A stretch of DNA of 62,268 bases, the filler included. It is 7 parts of 7 records of this genome, joined end to end, with 100 filler letters (N's around TTAATTAATTAA, not from the genome) between each part and the next. Parts side by side here need not be neighbours in the genome. Positions count along the whole stretch, not along the records: positions 45,836 to 53,895 come from SRR31156797_27820; positions 53,996 to 62,268 come from SRR31156797_27830; 5 more parts are not named here. One strand, 5' to 3'. Below the pieces are notes generated by a model. The model ran no database searches. It was not told the origin of the DNA and saw only the letters and a program-made list of their open reading frames with translations. The position numbers were made by a program, and so were the translations under genes. Of the stretch, positions 49,860-59,458 are shown piece by piece (within the stretch, counting starts at the first letter, position 1; each line of letters starts with the position of its first letter).

Positions 49860-51245
49860 ATGGATAAAGATTTTCTCCTGTTCAATGAAACAGCGAAGAT
49901 CCTCTATCATAACTATGCAAAAGGAATGCCGATTTTTGATTATCACTGTCATCTTCCAGCCAGAGAAATAGCCGAAAATAAAAAGTATAAAAATATCACT
50001 GAGCTCTGGCTCGGCGGTGATCACTATAAGTGGCGGCTTATGCGGAGCAACGGCATTGAAGAGAGGTTTATCACAGGAGAATCGGAGGATAAAGAAAAAT
50101 TCCTCAGGTGGTGTGAGACCGTACCTTTTTCCGTTGGGAATCCGCTTTACCACTGGACTCACCTTGAATTGCAGAGATTCTTCGGTATTGATGAACTTGT
50201 ATCTTCTAAAACATGGGAATCAATCTGGAATCAGTGTAATCAGCAGATTTCTGGAGATGATTTTACCGCAAGAAGCCTTATATCCCGATCCAATGTGAGC
50301 CATATTTGTACCACAGATGATCCCATTGACAGTCTGGAGTATCATATTCAGATGGCAGAAGATGGCGATATGGAAACAATCGTGCTGCCCACATTCAGGC
50401 CCGACCACGCACTCAATATCAATTCCGATGCATTTATACCGTGGATTACGCAACTGGGAGAAGTTGTCGGTTATGAGATAGGCTCATTGAATCAGCTATT
50501 GTCGGCTTTGAAACAGCGGATTGATTATTTTGACAGGATAGGTTGTAGAACCTCGGATCACGGCCTTGATACTTTTGAGTATTCGATTTTAGATGAAGAA
50601 AAAGCTGAGTCCGTATTTGCCCGAAGGTTTAGTGACGGGAAACTGACTCATGAAGAACTCAGTGCCTATAAAGGATTCGTACTGAATGCCCTGGGCAGGG
50701 AGTACTCCAAGAGAGGCTGGGTCATGCAGCTTCATATAGGCGCCTTGAGAAGCAACAATTCAAAGATGGAGGCAAAGCTTGGTCCCAGCACCGGTTTTGA
50801 TTCCATCAATGATGGTACGTTTGCACCAGAACTTTCAGCTTTTCTCGATGATCTTAACAGTTGTGACGATCTGCCTAAAACCATCCTATATGTACTTAAT
50901 CCTCGTGATAATTACGTCATTGCTACTATGATAGGGAATTTCCAGGACGGATCGATTCCAGGGAAGATTCAATTCGGTTCGGGCTGGTGGTTCTGCGACC
51001 AGAAGGATGGAATGATTGATCAGATGAAAGCTCTCTCCAATCTTGGACTGCTAAGCCGGTTTGTGGGAATGCTTACGGATTCAAGAAGCTTCCTTTCCTA
51101 TACCAGGCATGAATATTTTCGGAGAATATTGTGCAACCTTGTGGGAGGGTGGGTAGAAAATGGAGAATACCCTGATGATACAGAGTTTCTTGGTCAAGTT
51201 GTTCAGGACATCTGCTACAATAATGCGAAGGATTACTTTCAATAA
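49860..51245 (+). CDS. uxaC: Uronate isomerase
   Basis: PIFDYHCHL, GDHYKWRLMR, CTTDDP, GSGWWF and MLTDSRSFLSYTRHEYFRR motifs; start reassigned to ATG 49860. Confidence 0.96.
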   Translation: MDKDFLLFNETAKILYHNYAKGMPIFDYHCHLPAREIAENKKYKNITELWLGGDHYKWRLMRSNGIEERFITGESEDKEKFLRWCETVPFSVGNPLYHWTHLELQRFFGIDELVSSKTWESIWNQCNQQISGDDFTARSLISRSNVSHICTTDDPIDSLEYHIQMAEDGDMETIVLPTFRPDHALNINSDAFIPWITQLGEVVGYEIGSLNQLLSALKQRIDYFDRIGCRTSDHGLDTFEYSILDEEKAESVFARRFSDGKLTHEELSAYKGFVLNALGREYSKRGWVMQLHIGALRSNNSKMEAKLGPSTGFDSINDGTFAPELSAFLDDLNSCDDLPKTILYVLNPRDNYVIATMIGNFQDGSIPGKIQFGSGWWFCDQKDGMIDQMKALSNLGLLSRFVGMLTDSRSFLSYTRHEYFRRILCNLVGGWVENGEYPDDTEFLGQVVQDICYNNAKDYFQ

Positions 51246-51299
51246 GCAGTCTCAGGTCAGCACGTGAATTGAGTCTCTATTGATTCCTGCCTCAGTTTC

Positions 51300-51360
51300 A
51301 GAGATTTCCCTCTTTCAGATTATGGGTTCAATACCGGTCTGCAGAGGGAAATCTCTTTTT
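51300..51360. terminator. Long hairpin between convergent genes
   Basis: AGAGATTTCCCTCT (51300-13) pairs with AGAGGGAAATCTCT (51343-56), followed by a T-run. Confidence 0.75.
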
Positions 51361-51363
51361 CAT

Positions 51364-52491
51364 TTATAGCCGTCTCAGATAGTCATATGCCTTTCTTTGA
51401 TCTTCCGGAGTGGAACAATAGGTTGTGACAATACTCTTTAGCTTACGGTTTTTTAGAGCCTGGCAGTTACCGATTACAGTATCAGAATCTCCGACGATCC
51501 TGATGTGCAGGATTATACCTGTGTCTTCAAAACAGTTCACCAGAGTTTCCAGGTCATTAGGGGAAGGGTCTGTCTGATTCCCAACGGCACCGTCCGCCAT
51601 TATTAGATCAGGAATAGATACAATCAGAGCACTCCTGTCGGACCAGTTCCCACAGGAATGGAATACGGGGCCTTCAAAGTCTCCCGACGCTGTCAGGAGA
51701 GGGGCAAGGGCGTAGTCCAGGTAGTGATCGTCTCCGAACATAAGGATATTGTCATCGCTGAAGCCCACCCCGCGGAATACCCGCGATGAGGCAAAGCCGT
51801 GCCCGGGCTTTACCAGAGCGTTACCAATAAGATCCCGCTGCTTTTTCAGGAAGTCCCGCTGGAGTTCCCCAACAAGGATTAAAAGGGCCTTCAGGTCATC
51901 GGGGTTATCATAGATCTCAAACATGTATGCCGATGAATCCAGAAGATAGGAGGAGACAATGTTCAGGGGCGACTGGGTATCGGACAGGCTGATGGGAAGC
52001 TTTCCCTTCGTTTCCTCGAGAAAGTACTCGATCATCTTCAGAACTTTTCTTCCGACGGGACTCTCTTCTACGGGACATAGATATGCATCAAGGGCTTCTC
52101 TGGCCGATTGGAAGGGCGCTTCAACGGCCGGTGCCTGTCCGTCCTTCCAGAGATACTCGACTCCAAAGGAGCTGGAGACCGTTCCGATTCCGTACCAAGG
52201 TTCCAGAAAGTTAGGAATGTCCGCTTTATAGTTCATGCTTTCCTTTAGCGCTCCCAACTGCAGTTCAAGGGAGGCTTTCATGTCAGCACAGCCCCATGAG
52301 TAGACCTCGGGAACCCGAAAGCGCCGGTAGACAAGCGTTCCAGTATCGCGGTTGTCAAAGTCTCGGCAGCGCTCCAGCAGAGACTGCTCATAATCGGAAT
52401 ATTCTTCAAAATTGAAGTCACAGGGTTTTACAGGTAATACCCGGGAGCCCTGGGCATCTGCCAGAGCGGTATTGAATACATCTTCTTTCAT
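51364..52491 (-). CDS. URO-D-superfamily protein of unknown function
   Basis: DTQSPLN, YDNPD, GFSDD and FHSCG motifs. Confidence 0.7.
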   Translation of the reverse strand: MKEDVFNTALADAQGSRVLPVKPCDFNFEEYSDYEQSLLERCRDFDNRDTGTLVYRRFRVPEVYSWGCADMKASLELQLGALKESMNYKADIPNFLEPWYGIGTVSSSFGVEYLWKDGQAPAVEAPFQSAREALDAYLCPVEESPVGRKVLKMIEYFLEETKGKLPISLSDTQSPLNIVSSYLLDSSAYMFEIYDNPDDLKALLILVGELQRDFLKKQRDLIGNALVKPGHGFASSRVFRGVGFSDDNILMFGDDHYLDYALAPLLTASGDFEGPVFHSCGNWSDRSALIVSIPDLIMADGAVGNQTDPSPNDLETLVNCFEDTGIILHIRIVGDSDTVIGNCQALKNRKLKSIVTTYCSTPEDQRKAYDYLRRL

Positions 52492-53354
52492 TTCATTTTC
52501 CAGTTATTATTTGACGCCGGCAGAATAGAATCGAGCCAGCGGATACTCATCCCATGCCATGAGGCAATATGGGGATCGGGATAACGTTCCTTTTCATCCT
52601 CTCTGACCTCTTCGGTAGCCAGGGAAAGTCCATGGGTTCCATAGGTAAAGAGATGGAATTCGAGAGGAACTCTTTTTTTTCGCAGTTGCTGTACAAAGAG
52701 CAGAGCATTCTCCATTGGGACAAGGGGGTCTGCCACGGTATGCCAGATAAAAACGGGCGGCGTATCAATCTGTACATGCTTTTCCAGGGAAAGATGCTCT
52801 TTCAGAGTCTCATCCTTGGAATCCCCCATGAGATTTCTGATTGATCCTTCATGAGCGAATTCTCCACTGGTAATGACCGGATAGGAGAGAATCAGGGCAT
52901 CCGGCCGGTTCTCCCCATCTTTGCAGTGAAGATCATTTTTCAGATAATCCTTATCCCAGTGGACTCCCAGACTCGCAGCAAGATGTCCTCCTGCGGAAAA
53001 ACCGCATAGGATGATCTTTTCTGGATCGATACCGAGTTCTTCTGCGTATCTGCGCAATAGGACCACTCCGTTGGAAAGGTCCGACAGACCGGCCGGAAAA
53101 CGGTCCGGAGCCAGTCTGTAATGCAGTACCGCTGCATGATATCCAAAGGCATTGTACGCCCGTGCTATGGGAGCACCCTCCCGGGGGGAGGTATGCTCGT
53201 ACCCTCCTCCGGGGCAAATCAGAACAAGAGGAGCCGGAGATTTCCACCTCTGAAGGAGGTGGAAGTCAAGTTCGGGTCTTTTCCCTTCCTCTGAAACGCC
53301 TGCAGAGTTTCTGAGTTGCCTCTGTATTTCAGCCAAGATCATGTTTTTGTTCAT
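52488..53354 (-). CDS. Alpha/beta hydrolase (carbohydrate acetylesterase-like)
   Basis: ICPGGGY, GFSAGGH, LSYPVI, D..V and HGL motifs. Confidence 0.9.
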   Translation of the reverse strand: MNKNMILAEIQRQLRNSAGVSEEGKRPELDFHLLQRWKSPAPLVLICPGGGYEHTSPREGAPIARAYNAFGYHAAVLHYRLAPDRFPAGLSDLSNGVVLLRRYAEELGIDPEKIILCGFSAGGHLAASLGVHWDKDYLKNDLHCKDGENRPDALILSYPVITSGEFAHEGSIRNLMGDSKDETLKEHLSLEKHVQIDTPPVFIWHTVADPLVPMENALLFVQQLRKKRVPLEFHLFTYGTHGLSLATEEVREDEKERYPDPHIASWHGMSIRWLDSILPASNNNWKMK

Positions 53355-53356
53355 GG

Positions 53357-53895
53357 TTAAGACATAAGCATATTCGGAAGCCACATCACCACAACGGGAA
53401 TATAGGTGATGATCAGTAGTGTTATGATCATAACTAGAAAGAAGGGAAGCATGGATTTTGCGACCTTCTCCATAGGAATGCCTGCAATGGCGCTGCCTAT
53501 AAAGAGGGTACTGCCGACTGGAGGAGTGATAAGTCCTATTCCCAGATTGAGAATCATAATCACACCGAAGTGGACAGGATCGATGCCCAGCTTGGTTACG
53601 ACAGGGGTAAGGATCGGCGCCAGTATCAGAATCAGTGAGGCCATATCCATGATCATTCCCATAACCAGCAGCAGTATGTTGATCAGAAACAGAATCACTA
53701 TTTTGTTGGAAGAGAGGGCCAGAAGACCGTGAGCAACCATGGCGGGTATCTGCAGATAGGCGACAACATAACCGAAGGCGCGGGCAAAGCTTACCAGGAT
53801 CATAACGATCGCCAGAGTTTTCATAGCTCTGGTCATTATCTGATAGAAGGATGAAAAGGTGATCTCCCTGTATACAAGAAAGGTGACGATCATAG
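53357..53895 (-). CDS. TRAP transporter large permease (DctM), 5' truncated
   Basis: GIDPVHFG, GLITPPVG and LITYIP-type motifs. Confidence 0.92.
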
Positions 53896-53995
53896 NNNNN
53901 NNNNNNNNNNNNNNNNNNNNNNNNNNNNNNNNNNNNNNNTTAATTAATTAANNNNNNNNNNNNNNNNNNNNNNNNNNNNNNNNNNNNNNNNNNNN
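53896..53995. other. Artificial contig linker
   Basis: N44-TTAATTAATTAA-N44. Confidence 0.98.
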
Positions 53996-54041
53996 CATGC
54001 CAACCTATTGAGAATATATTAAATGTTTAAATTAAATCAGA

Positions 54042-54090
54042 AATCAGCACCTTAATTAACAGATAAACCCCAACATGGCAAGAACGTTGC
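54042..54090 (+). promoter_or_regulatory. IHF-consensus site plus sigma54-type promoter
   Basis: AATCAG-CACC-TTA (54042-54) matches WATCAR-N4-TTR; TGGCAAG-AACG-TTGC at 54076-90. Confidence 0.55.
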
Positions 54091-54273
54091 GACTGCCGCC
54101 CCCCACCCGGCGAACCGTTCCCGGGGGATTGTTCCGGCAAAAAAGCCCGGTGTCCTTATATAATAAGGAGAGAAAAGCGCCGGCATTACCGCCTTCTGAA
54201 AAACAATTTGACATCCCGCCGGTAAACAGCTAAATATTTAAGTTTTAAAATGATTCAGAGAGGAGACTCCATA

Positions 54274-54651
54274 ATGCTTGAACTGGATTTCAACAAAACT
54301 GGCGGGCTGATTCCTGCCATTGCCCAGGATCATGAAACAGGGGATGTGCTGATGCTTGCCTACATGAACGAGCATGCCTGGAAGGAGACGCTTGAATCGG
54401 GGATGGCCACCTACTATTCCAGATCGAGAAATACACTCTGGAAAAAAGGGGAGACTTCGGGAAATCTCCAGGTTGTCAAGGAAATCAGGGTCGACTGCGA
54501 CAACGATACGGTTCTCCTCAAGGTGGAACAGATCGGCGGCGCAGCCTGCCATCTTGGATACAAGAGCTGTTTCTTCCGCAAAACAGACAAAAACGGCGAA
54601 ACAACCATTGTTGAACAAAAAATATTTGACCCGGAAAAGGTATATAAGTAA
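54274..54651 (+). CDS. hisI: Phosphoribosyl-AMP cyclohydrolase
   Basis: [28 protein letters not shown] and ACH.G..SCF motifs. Confidence 0.96.
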   Translation: MLELDFNKTGGLIPAIAQDHETGDVLMLAYMNEHAWKETLESGMATYYSRSRNTLWKKGETSGNLQVVKEIRVDCDNDTVLLKVEQIGGAACHLGYKSCFFRKTDKNGETTIVEQKIFDPEKVYK

Positions 54652-55526
54652 TGAAAAAAACGCTCAAACTCGGAATACCCAAGGGTAGTCTTCAGGATGC
54701 CACCATCTCTCTTTTCAAACGATCGGGCTGGAAAATCAACGTCAACGGACGAAACTATTTCCCGGACATCAACGACGACACCATCGAATGCGCCCTGTGC
54801 CGGGCCCAGGAGATGTCCATCAATGTGGAAAGCGGTATCATCGATGCCGGACTTACCGGCAAGGACTGGATCGCCGAGCACCAGTCCGACGTCCATGTGG
54901 TTTCCGACCTTGTATACTCCAAGGTGAGCGCCAAACCGGCAAGATGGATCATCGCCGTTGCCGGGGATTCCCCCATCAACAGCCTGGAGGATCTCCAGGG
55001 CAAAACCATCTCCACCGAGCTGGTCCAGTTTACCCGCCGGTTCTTCGAGGAGCGTAACATCGACGTCAATGTCAAATTCTCCTGGGGAGCCACCGAGGCA
55101 AAGATCGTATCCGGCCTGGCCGATGCCATCGTGGAAATCACCGAGACCGAAAGCACCATCAAGGCCCATAACCTCAAGGTGATCCACGAAATCATGCAGA
55201 CCAACACCCAGCTCATTGCCAACAAACAGGCATGGCAGGACCCGGCCAAACGCGAAAAGATCGAACAGATCGCCCTGCTTCTCCAGAGCGCGCTTGTGGC
55301 GGACAAACTTGTGGGAATCAAGATGAACGTTCCCGGAACCATCATCGAGAAGATCGTATCCCTGCTGCCAAGCCTCAACGCCCCCACGGTGGCGTCCCTC
55401 TATCAGTCCACCTGGTTTTCAGTGGAGACCATCGTCGACCAGAGCGTGGTCCGGGACCTCATCCCCGAGCTGATCAAAGAGGGTGCTGAAGGAATCATCG
55501 AATATCCCCTGAACAAGGTGATCTAA
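54651..55526 (+). CDS. hisG: ATP phosphoribosyltransferase, long form
   Basis: LGIPKGSL, DAGLTGKDW, SWGATE and LADAIV motifs; C-terminal regulatory domain present. Confidence 0.96.
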   Translation: MKKTLKLGIPKGSLQDATISLFKRSGWKINVNGRNYFPDINDDTIECALCRAQEMSINVESGIIDAGLTGKDWIAEHQSDVHVVSDLVYSKVSAKPARWIIAVAGDSPINSLEDLQGKTISTELVQFTRRFFEERNIDVNVKFSWGATEAKIVSGLADAIVEITETESTIKAHNLKVIHEIMQTNTQLIANKQAWQDPAKREKIEQIALLLQSALVADKLVGIKMNVPGTIIEKIVSLLPSLNAPTVASLYQSTWFSVETIVDQSVVRDLIPELIKEGAEGIIEYPLNKVI

Positions 55527-56693
55527 ATGAAACCGATAACACCGGCAAAACGGACCGAGGAGATCACCCCCTTCATCGTGATGGAGATCCTTGAGAAAAT
55601 CCATGAGATGGAGGCCGTGGGCATTGACGTGGTTCACCTGGAGATCGGTGAACCGGACGTGGACACCCCTGAATATATCAGGACGGCCACCCTTGAAGGC
55701 TTTGACCGGAATGAGACCGGCTACACCCACAGCCTGGGGGATATCCGCCTGAGACGGGCCATCGCGGACTACTATCGAAAGAATTACGGGGCAGAAGTGG
55801 ATCCTGCACGGATCCTCGTCACATCAGGCACTTCGCCGGCCATGCTGCTGCTCTTTTCAGCACTGGTGGAACGGGGGGACGAGATCATCATCTCCGATCC
55901 CCACTACGCCTGCTATCCCAACTTCATCCGATTTGCCCAGGGCGTTCCCGTGACCGTGCCGGTGTTTGAAAACGAGGGGTTCCACTACACCCCGGAAGCC
56001 ATCGAAGCAAAGATCACGGACCGGACAAAGGGAATCATGATCAACTCCCCGTCCAATCCCACGGGAACGATCATGCCCGGGAAACGGATGGAAGAAATCG
56101 CCGCCCTTGCCCGGTCTTACGGACTGCCGGTGATATCGGACGAAATCTACCACGGCCTGGTCTACGAAGGCAGGGCCCCCTCCATCCTGGAGTTCACGGA
56201 TAACGCCTTTGTGTTCAACGGCTTCTCAAAGCTCTTTGCCATGACCGGCCTGCGGCTGGGCTACCTCATCGCCCCGGAAAGTTTCATGCGGCCCCTCCAG
56301 GTACTCCAGCAGAACTTCTTCATCTCGGCCAACTCCCTCATGCAGATCGCGGGCACCGCGGCCCTGGAACAGGCCGAGACAGAGACCCGGACCATGTGCG
56401 AGATCTACGACCGCCGCCGCAAATACATGCTCCAGCGGCTCAAGGAAATGGGGTTGACCATCACCAACGAGCCCACCGGCGCCTTCTATGTATTCGTCAA
56501 TGTCAAAGAGATCTCCACCGACTCCTATGGCCTTGCCCTGGATATCCTTGACAAGGCCCATGTGGGGGTAACCCCGGGGATCGATTTTGGCAAAAACGGC
56601 GAGGGATATATCCGGCTCTCCTATGCAAACTCCATGGAGAACATTGAAAAAGGATTGAACCGCCTGGAACAGTACTTCAAGGCCATACAATGA
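55527..56693 (+). CDS. Class I/II PLP aminotransferase (aspartate aminotransferase family)
   Basis: GEPD, NSPSNPTG, SDEIY and GFSK.FAMTGLRLG motifs. Confidence 0.93.
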   Translation: MKPITPAKRTEEITPFIVMEILEKIHEMEAVGIDVVHLEIGEPDVDTPEYIRTATLEGFDRNETGYTHSLGDIRLRRAIADYYRKNYGAEVDPARILVTSGTSPAMLLLFSALVERGDEIIISDPHYACYPNFIRFAQGVPVTVPVFENEGFHYTPEAIEAKITDRTKGIMINSPSNPTGTIMPGKRMEEIAALARSYGLPVISDEIYHGLVYEGRAPSILEFTDNAFVFNGFSKLFAMTGLRLGYLIAPESFMRPLQVLQQNFFISANSLMQIAGTAALEQAETETRTMCEIYDRRRKYMLQRLKEMGLTITNEPTGAFYVFVNVKEISTDSYGLALDILDKAHVGVTPGIDFGKNGEGYIRLSYANSMENIEKGLNRLEQYFKAIQ

Positions 56694-57274
56694 TTATCAA
56701 AGAAGCAGCGTTCATCAAAAGCGCCACCAAACCGGACCAGTACACCGAGCCCCTGTACCCGGAGCTTGCCTTCGCAGGCCGCTCCAACGTGGGAAAATCC
56801 TCGTTGATCAACACCCTGCTCAACCGGAAGAAACTGGTCAAGACCAGCTCAAAACCGGGCTGCACCCAGCTCATCAACTTTTTTATCCTCAACAACGAGC
56901 TGTCCATCGTGGACCTTCCGGGATACGGCTACGCAAAGGTATCCAAAAAGGTCCGGGCCCAATGGGGGCCCATGGTGGAGCGGTATCTCAAGGTCCGGGA
57001 AACCCTGAGGGCCATGGTGCTTTTGATCGACATGCGCCGGGAACCGGGGAAAGAGGAATTCGGCCTCATCGACTGGTTTGAGGCCAACCGCATCCCCTAT
57101 CTCGTCGTATTGACCAAGGCGGACAAGCTGTCCAAAAGCAAACAGCAGGCCCGCATCAAAGCCATTGCAGAAAGCCTTGGCATGGAGAAGGAGACGCTTA
57201 TCCCCTTCTCCTCAAAGACCCGCCTCGGCAGGGACAGGGTCTGGAAAGAGCTGACCCCCTTTCTCACCCCATAA
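56690..57274 (+). CDS. engB: Ribosome biogenesis GTPase YihA/YsxC
   Basis: GRSNVGKSSLIN, DLPGYGYAKV and TKADK motifs. Confidence 0.96.
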   Translation: MIIKEAAFIKSATKPDQYTEPLYPELAFAGRSNVGKSSLINTLLNRKKLVKTSSKPGCTQLINFFILNNELSIVDLPGYGYAKVSKKVRAQWGPMVERYLKVRETLRAMVLLIDMRREPGKEEFGLIDWFEANRIPYLVVLTKADKLSKSKQQARIKAIAESLGMEKETLIPFSSKTRLGRDRVWKELTPFLTP

Positions 57275-57332
57275 TGGCATCGGGGCCGGATTTTCACATC
57301 CGTCCCCTTAAAATTAGGAAGTAAAAAACACC

Positions 57333-58229
57333 ATGAAAACAACAGAAGACAACAACTTCAGAGCAGGGTTCATCGCCATTGCAGGGGCTCCCAATGCCGG
57401 GAAATCAACCCTTCTCAACACCGTGCTCGGACAAAAGATATCCATAACAAGCAAGAAACCCCAGACCACCCGGGACAGAATCCTGGGGGTGGTTGAGCGC
57501 CCCGCTTCCCAGGTGATCTTCATCGACACCCCGGGAATCCATAAGGCAAAGTCCCTGCTCAACCGAAAAATCGTGGACCAGGCCCTGTCGGCCGTGGACG
57601 ATGTGGATGCCATCCTTCTCATGATCGATGTCACCTCCCGGGACCTGGAGTCGGAAGCGATCATCATCGAGCAGCTCGAAAAGCGAAACAAGGAAGTGAT
57701 CCTCGCCCTGAACAAGACCGACCTGATCAAAGGCAATGAGGTCCTTCCCCTGATCGCCCATTACTCATCCCTGTATGAATTCAAGGCCGTGATCCCGGTC
57801 TCCGCCAAGACCGGCGCCCAGACCGAGGAATTGCTCCGTGAGGTGGAGCGCTGCCTGCCCGAAGGCCCCAGGCTCTTTCCCGAAGACACCCTCACCGACC
57901 TGTCTGAAAAATTCATTGCCTCGGAGATGATCCGGGAAAAGGTTTTCAGGCTCACCGGCATGGAGATTCCTTACTCCATTGCCGTTACCGTGGACTCCTT
58001 TAAGGAGAAAAAACGGATCATCGAGATCCATGCCACCATCCATGTGGACCGCAACTCCCAAAAGGGCATCATCATCGGAAAAGGCGGCCAGATGCTCAAG
58101 AAAATCGGGGAGAAGGCACGGCGGGACATCGAACGGATGACCGGCTCAAAGGTGATGCTCAAACTCTTTGTCAGGGTGACAAAAAACTGGAGCCGGGATG
58201 AAAAGATCCTGAAGGAGTTCGGATACTAG
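57333..58229 (+). CDS. era: GTPase Era
   Basis: GAPNAGKSTL, KPQTTR, DTPG, NKTD and KH-domain IIIGKGG motifs. Confidence 0.97.
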   Translation: MKTTEDNNFRAGFIAIAGAPNAGKSTLLNTVLGQKISITSKKPQTTRDRILGVVERPASQVIFIDTPGIHKAKSLLNRKIVDQALSAVDDVDAILLMIDVTSRDLESEAIIIEQLEKRNKEVILALNKTDLIKGNEVLPLIAHYSSLYEFKAVIPVSAKTGAQTEELLREVERCLPEGPRLFPEDTLTDLSEKFIASEMIREKVFRLTGMEIPYSIAVTVDSFKEKKRIIEIHATIHVDRNSQKGIIIGKGGQMLKKIGEKARRDIERMTGSKVMLKLFVRVTKNWSRDEKILKEFGY

Positions 58230-58230
58230 G

Positions 58231-58530
58231 ATGGACCACTTTTTCTTCTCTGTTGATGAAGATCTCCAGAAACGGGAACGGCAAAAGGCAAGGGATCTTC
58301 GCAGCAGCCAGTGGTGGAAGCGGCGGCGGTCCCAGGGGATCTGTCATTACTGCAACAACCAGTTTCCCCCCAAAGAACTGACCATGGATCACCTGGTGCC
58401 CATTGCCCGGGGGGGACGTTCCGTCAAATCCAATGTGGTACCCTGCTGCAAGGAGTGCAACACCAAAAAGCGCCAGCTGTTGCCCCTTGAGTGGGAGGAG
58501 TACATGCAGACCATCTCCCCCAAAAAATAA
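58231..58530 (+). CDS. Small HNH endonuclease-family protein
   Basis: CHYC...TMDHLVP..RGG....NVVPCCKECN. Confidence 0.92.
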   Translation: MDHFFFSVDEDLQKRERQKARDLRSSQWWKRRRSQGICHYCNNQFPPKELTMDHLVPIARGGRSVKSNVVPCCKECNTKKRQLLPLEWEEYMQTISPKK

Positions 58531-58535
58531 CAAAT

Positions 58536-58572
58536 AAAAAAACCCGGGCACGATCAATGGTCGTACCCGGGT
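58536..58572. terminator. Terminator hairpin between convergent genes
   Basis: A-run followed by ACCCGGGCACGATC-AAT-GGTCGTACCCGGGT. Confidence 0.75.
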
Positions 58573-58597
58573 ATAACGATCGCTTAAAGAGCAGCGA

Positions 58598-59458
58598 TTA
58601 CTTTTTCTTTGCGCTGTTGCAGAGCCTGTGCACGGTCTGTGCGTGCCACTCTCCCCGTCCGGAGAATGTGGGCTGTCCCAGCTCAACCAGATGCTGTGCC
58701 ACCTGATCAAATGTCGCGCCTTTTTCACGCATGGAGTTGACGATCTCCAAAACCTCATCCCTGGAGAGCAGCGCCTTCCGGGGGTTGCTCTTCTGGGCGG
58801 CCTTGAGCTTCTGGGCCTTGGTGCGCTTGAGAACCTTGACTTTATCCTTCTTGGCCTTCTCGGCAGCCGCTTTTTCCTCTGCCAGTTTTACGGCCTTGGG
58901 CTTACGGCCCCTGCGCTTCTTTACCGGCGCTACCGGCGCCGGCGTCTCAGCCACCTTTGGTACCTCAACCTCTGCTTCCTCCACACATTCGTACCCGGAT
59001 TCGTCAAAGGCGTCTTCAATTCTCTCTTCCCGTGCATAGCGATCTTCCACAAACCGATCCTCATCCTGGAGGGCGGGAACCGCAATGACCCGAAGATACT
59101 CGGCAATCTCAGCCAGGAACTCAACCTTACGTTCCTCGGCTGCGGCCAGCCGCTCCTGGGCAGCGCCAAGGAACTCCTGGTTTTTCAGCATGGTCTCGGC
59201 AAGGGCGGTGATATTTTCAACAACTTCCGAAGAGATCATCACGGGCTGGGAGTCACAGACCTGATTCTGGGGGTTGTTTCTCATGGGACGCTTTGCATTG
59301 CCAACCCTGGAATTCTGATAGGGGTTGTTGGAATGGAAATGAGCAGGCGGATTGTTGTAGTGCTGATGCTGATGCTGGCTGTTATCAAAGCCTCTGCGGG
59401 TTTTTGCAGCCCGGTTGTCCTTCTGATTTCCTCGAAGGTTTTGAAGAAAATCGTTCAT
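58598..59458 (-). CDS. Hypothetical protein with disordered N-terminus, AT-hook-like motif and C-terminal recombinase-type HTH
   Basis: AAGGAG RBS; KKRRGRKPK; ATFDQVAQHL...PTFSGRGEWHAQTVHRL. Confidence 0.8.
   Translation of the reverse strand: MNDFLQNLRGNQKDNRAAKTRRGFDNSQHQHQHYNNPPAHFHSNNPYQNSRVGNAKRPMRNNPQNQVCDSQPVMISSEVVENITALAETMLKNQEFLGAAQERLAAAEERKVEFLAEIAEYLRVIAVPALQDEDRFVEDRYAREERIEDAFDESGYECVEEAEVEVPKVAETPAPVAPVKKRRGRKPKAVKLAEEKAAAEKAKKDKVKVLKRTKAQKLKAAQKSNPRKALLSRDEVLEIVNSMREKGATFDQVAQHLVELGQPTFSGRGEWHAQTVHRLCNSAKKK

Noticed and set aside
5493-53995. Six recurring TTAATTAATTAA motifs within N runs, and any gene neighbourhood spanning them
   Set aside because: These are identical 100-nt artificial linkers joining contigs of different composition and apparent taxonomy, not biological repeats.
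58231-58530. HNH gene as a mobile or defence element
   Set aside because: Short HNH directly coupled to era in a housekeeping operon, with no mobility signatures.
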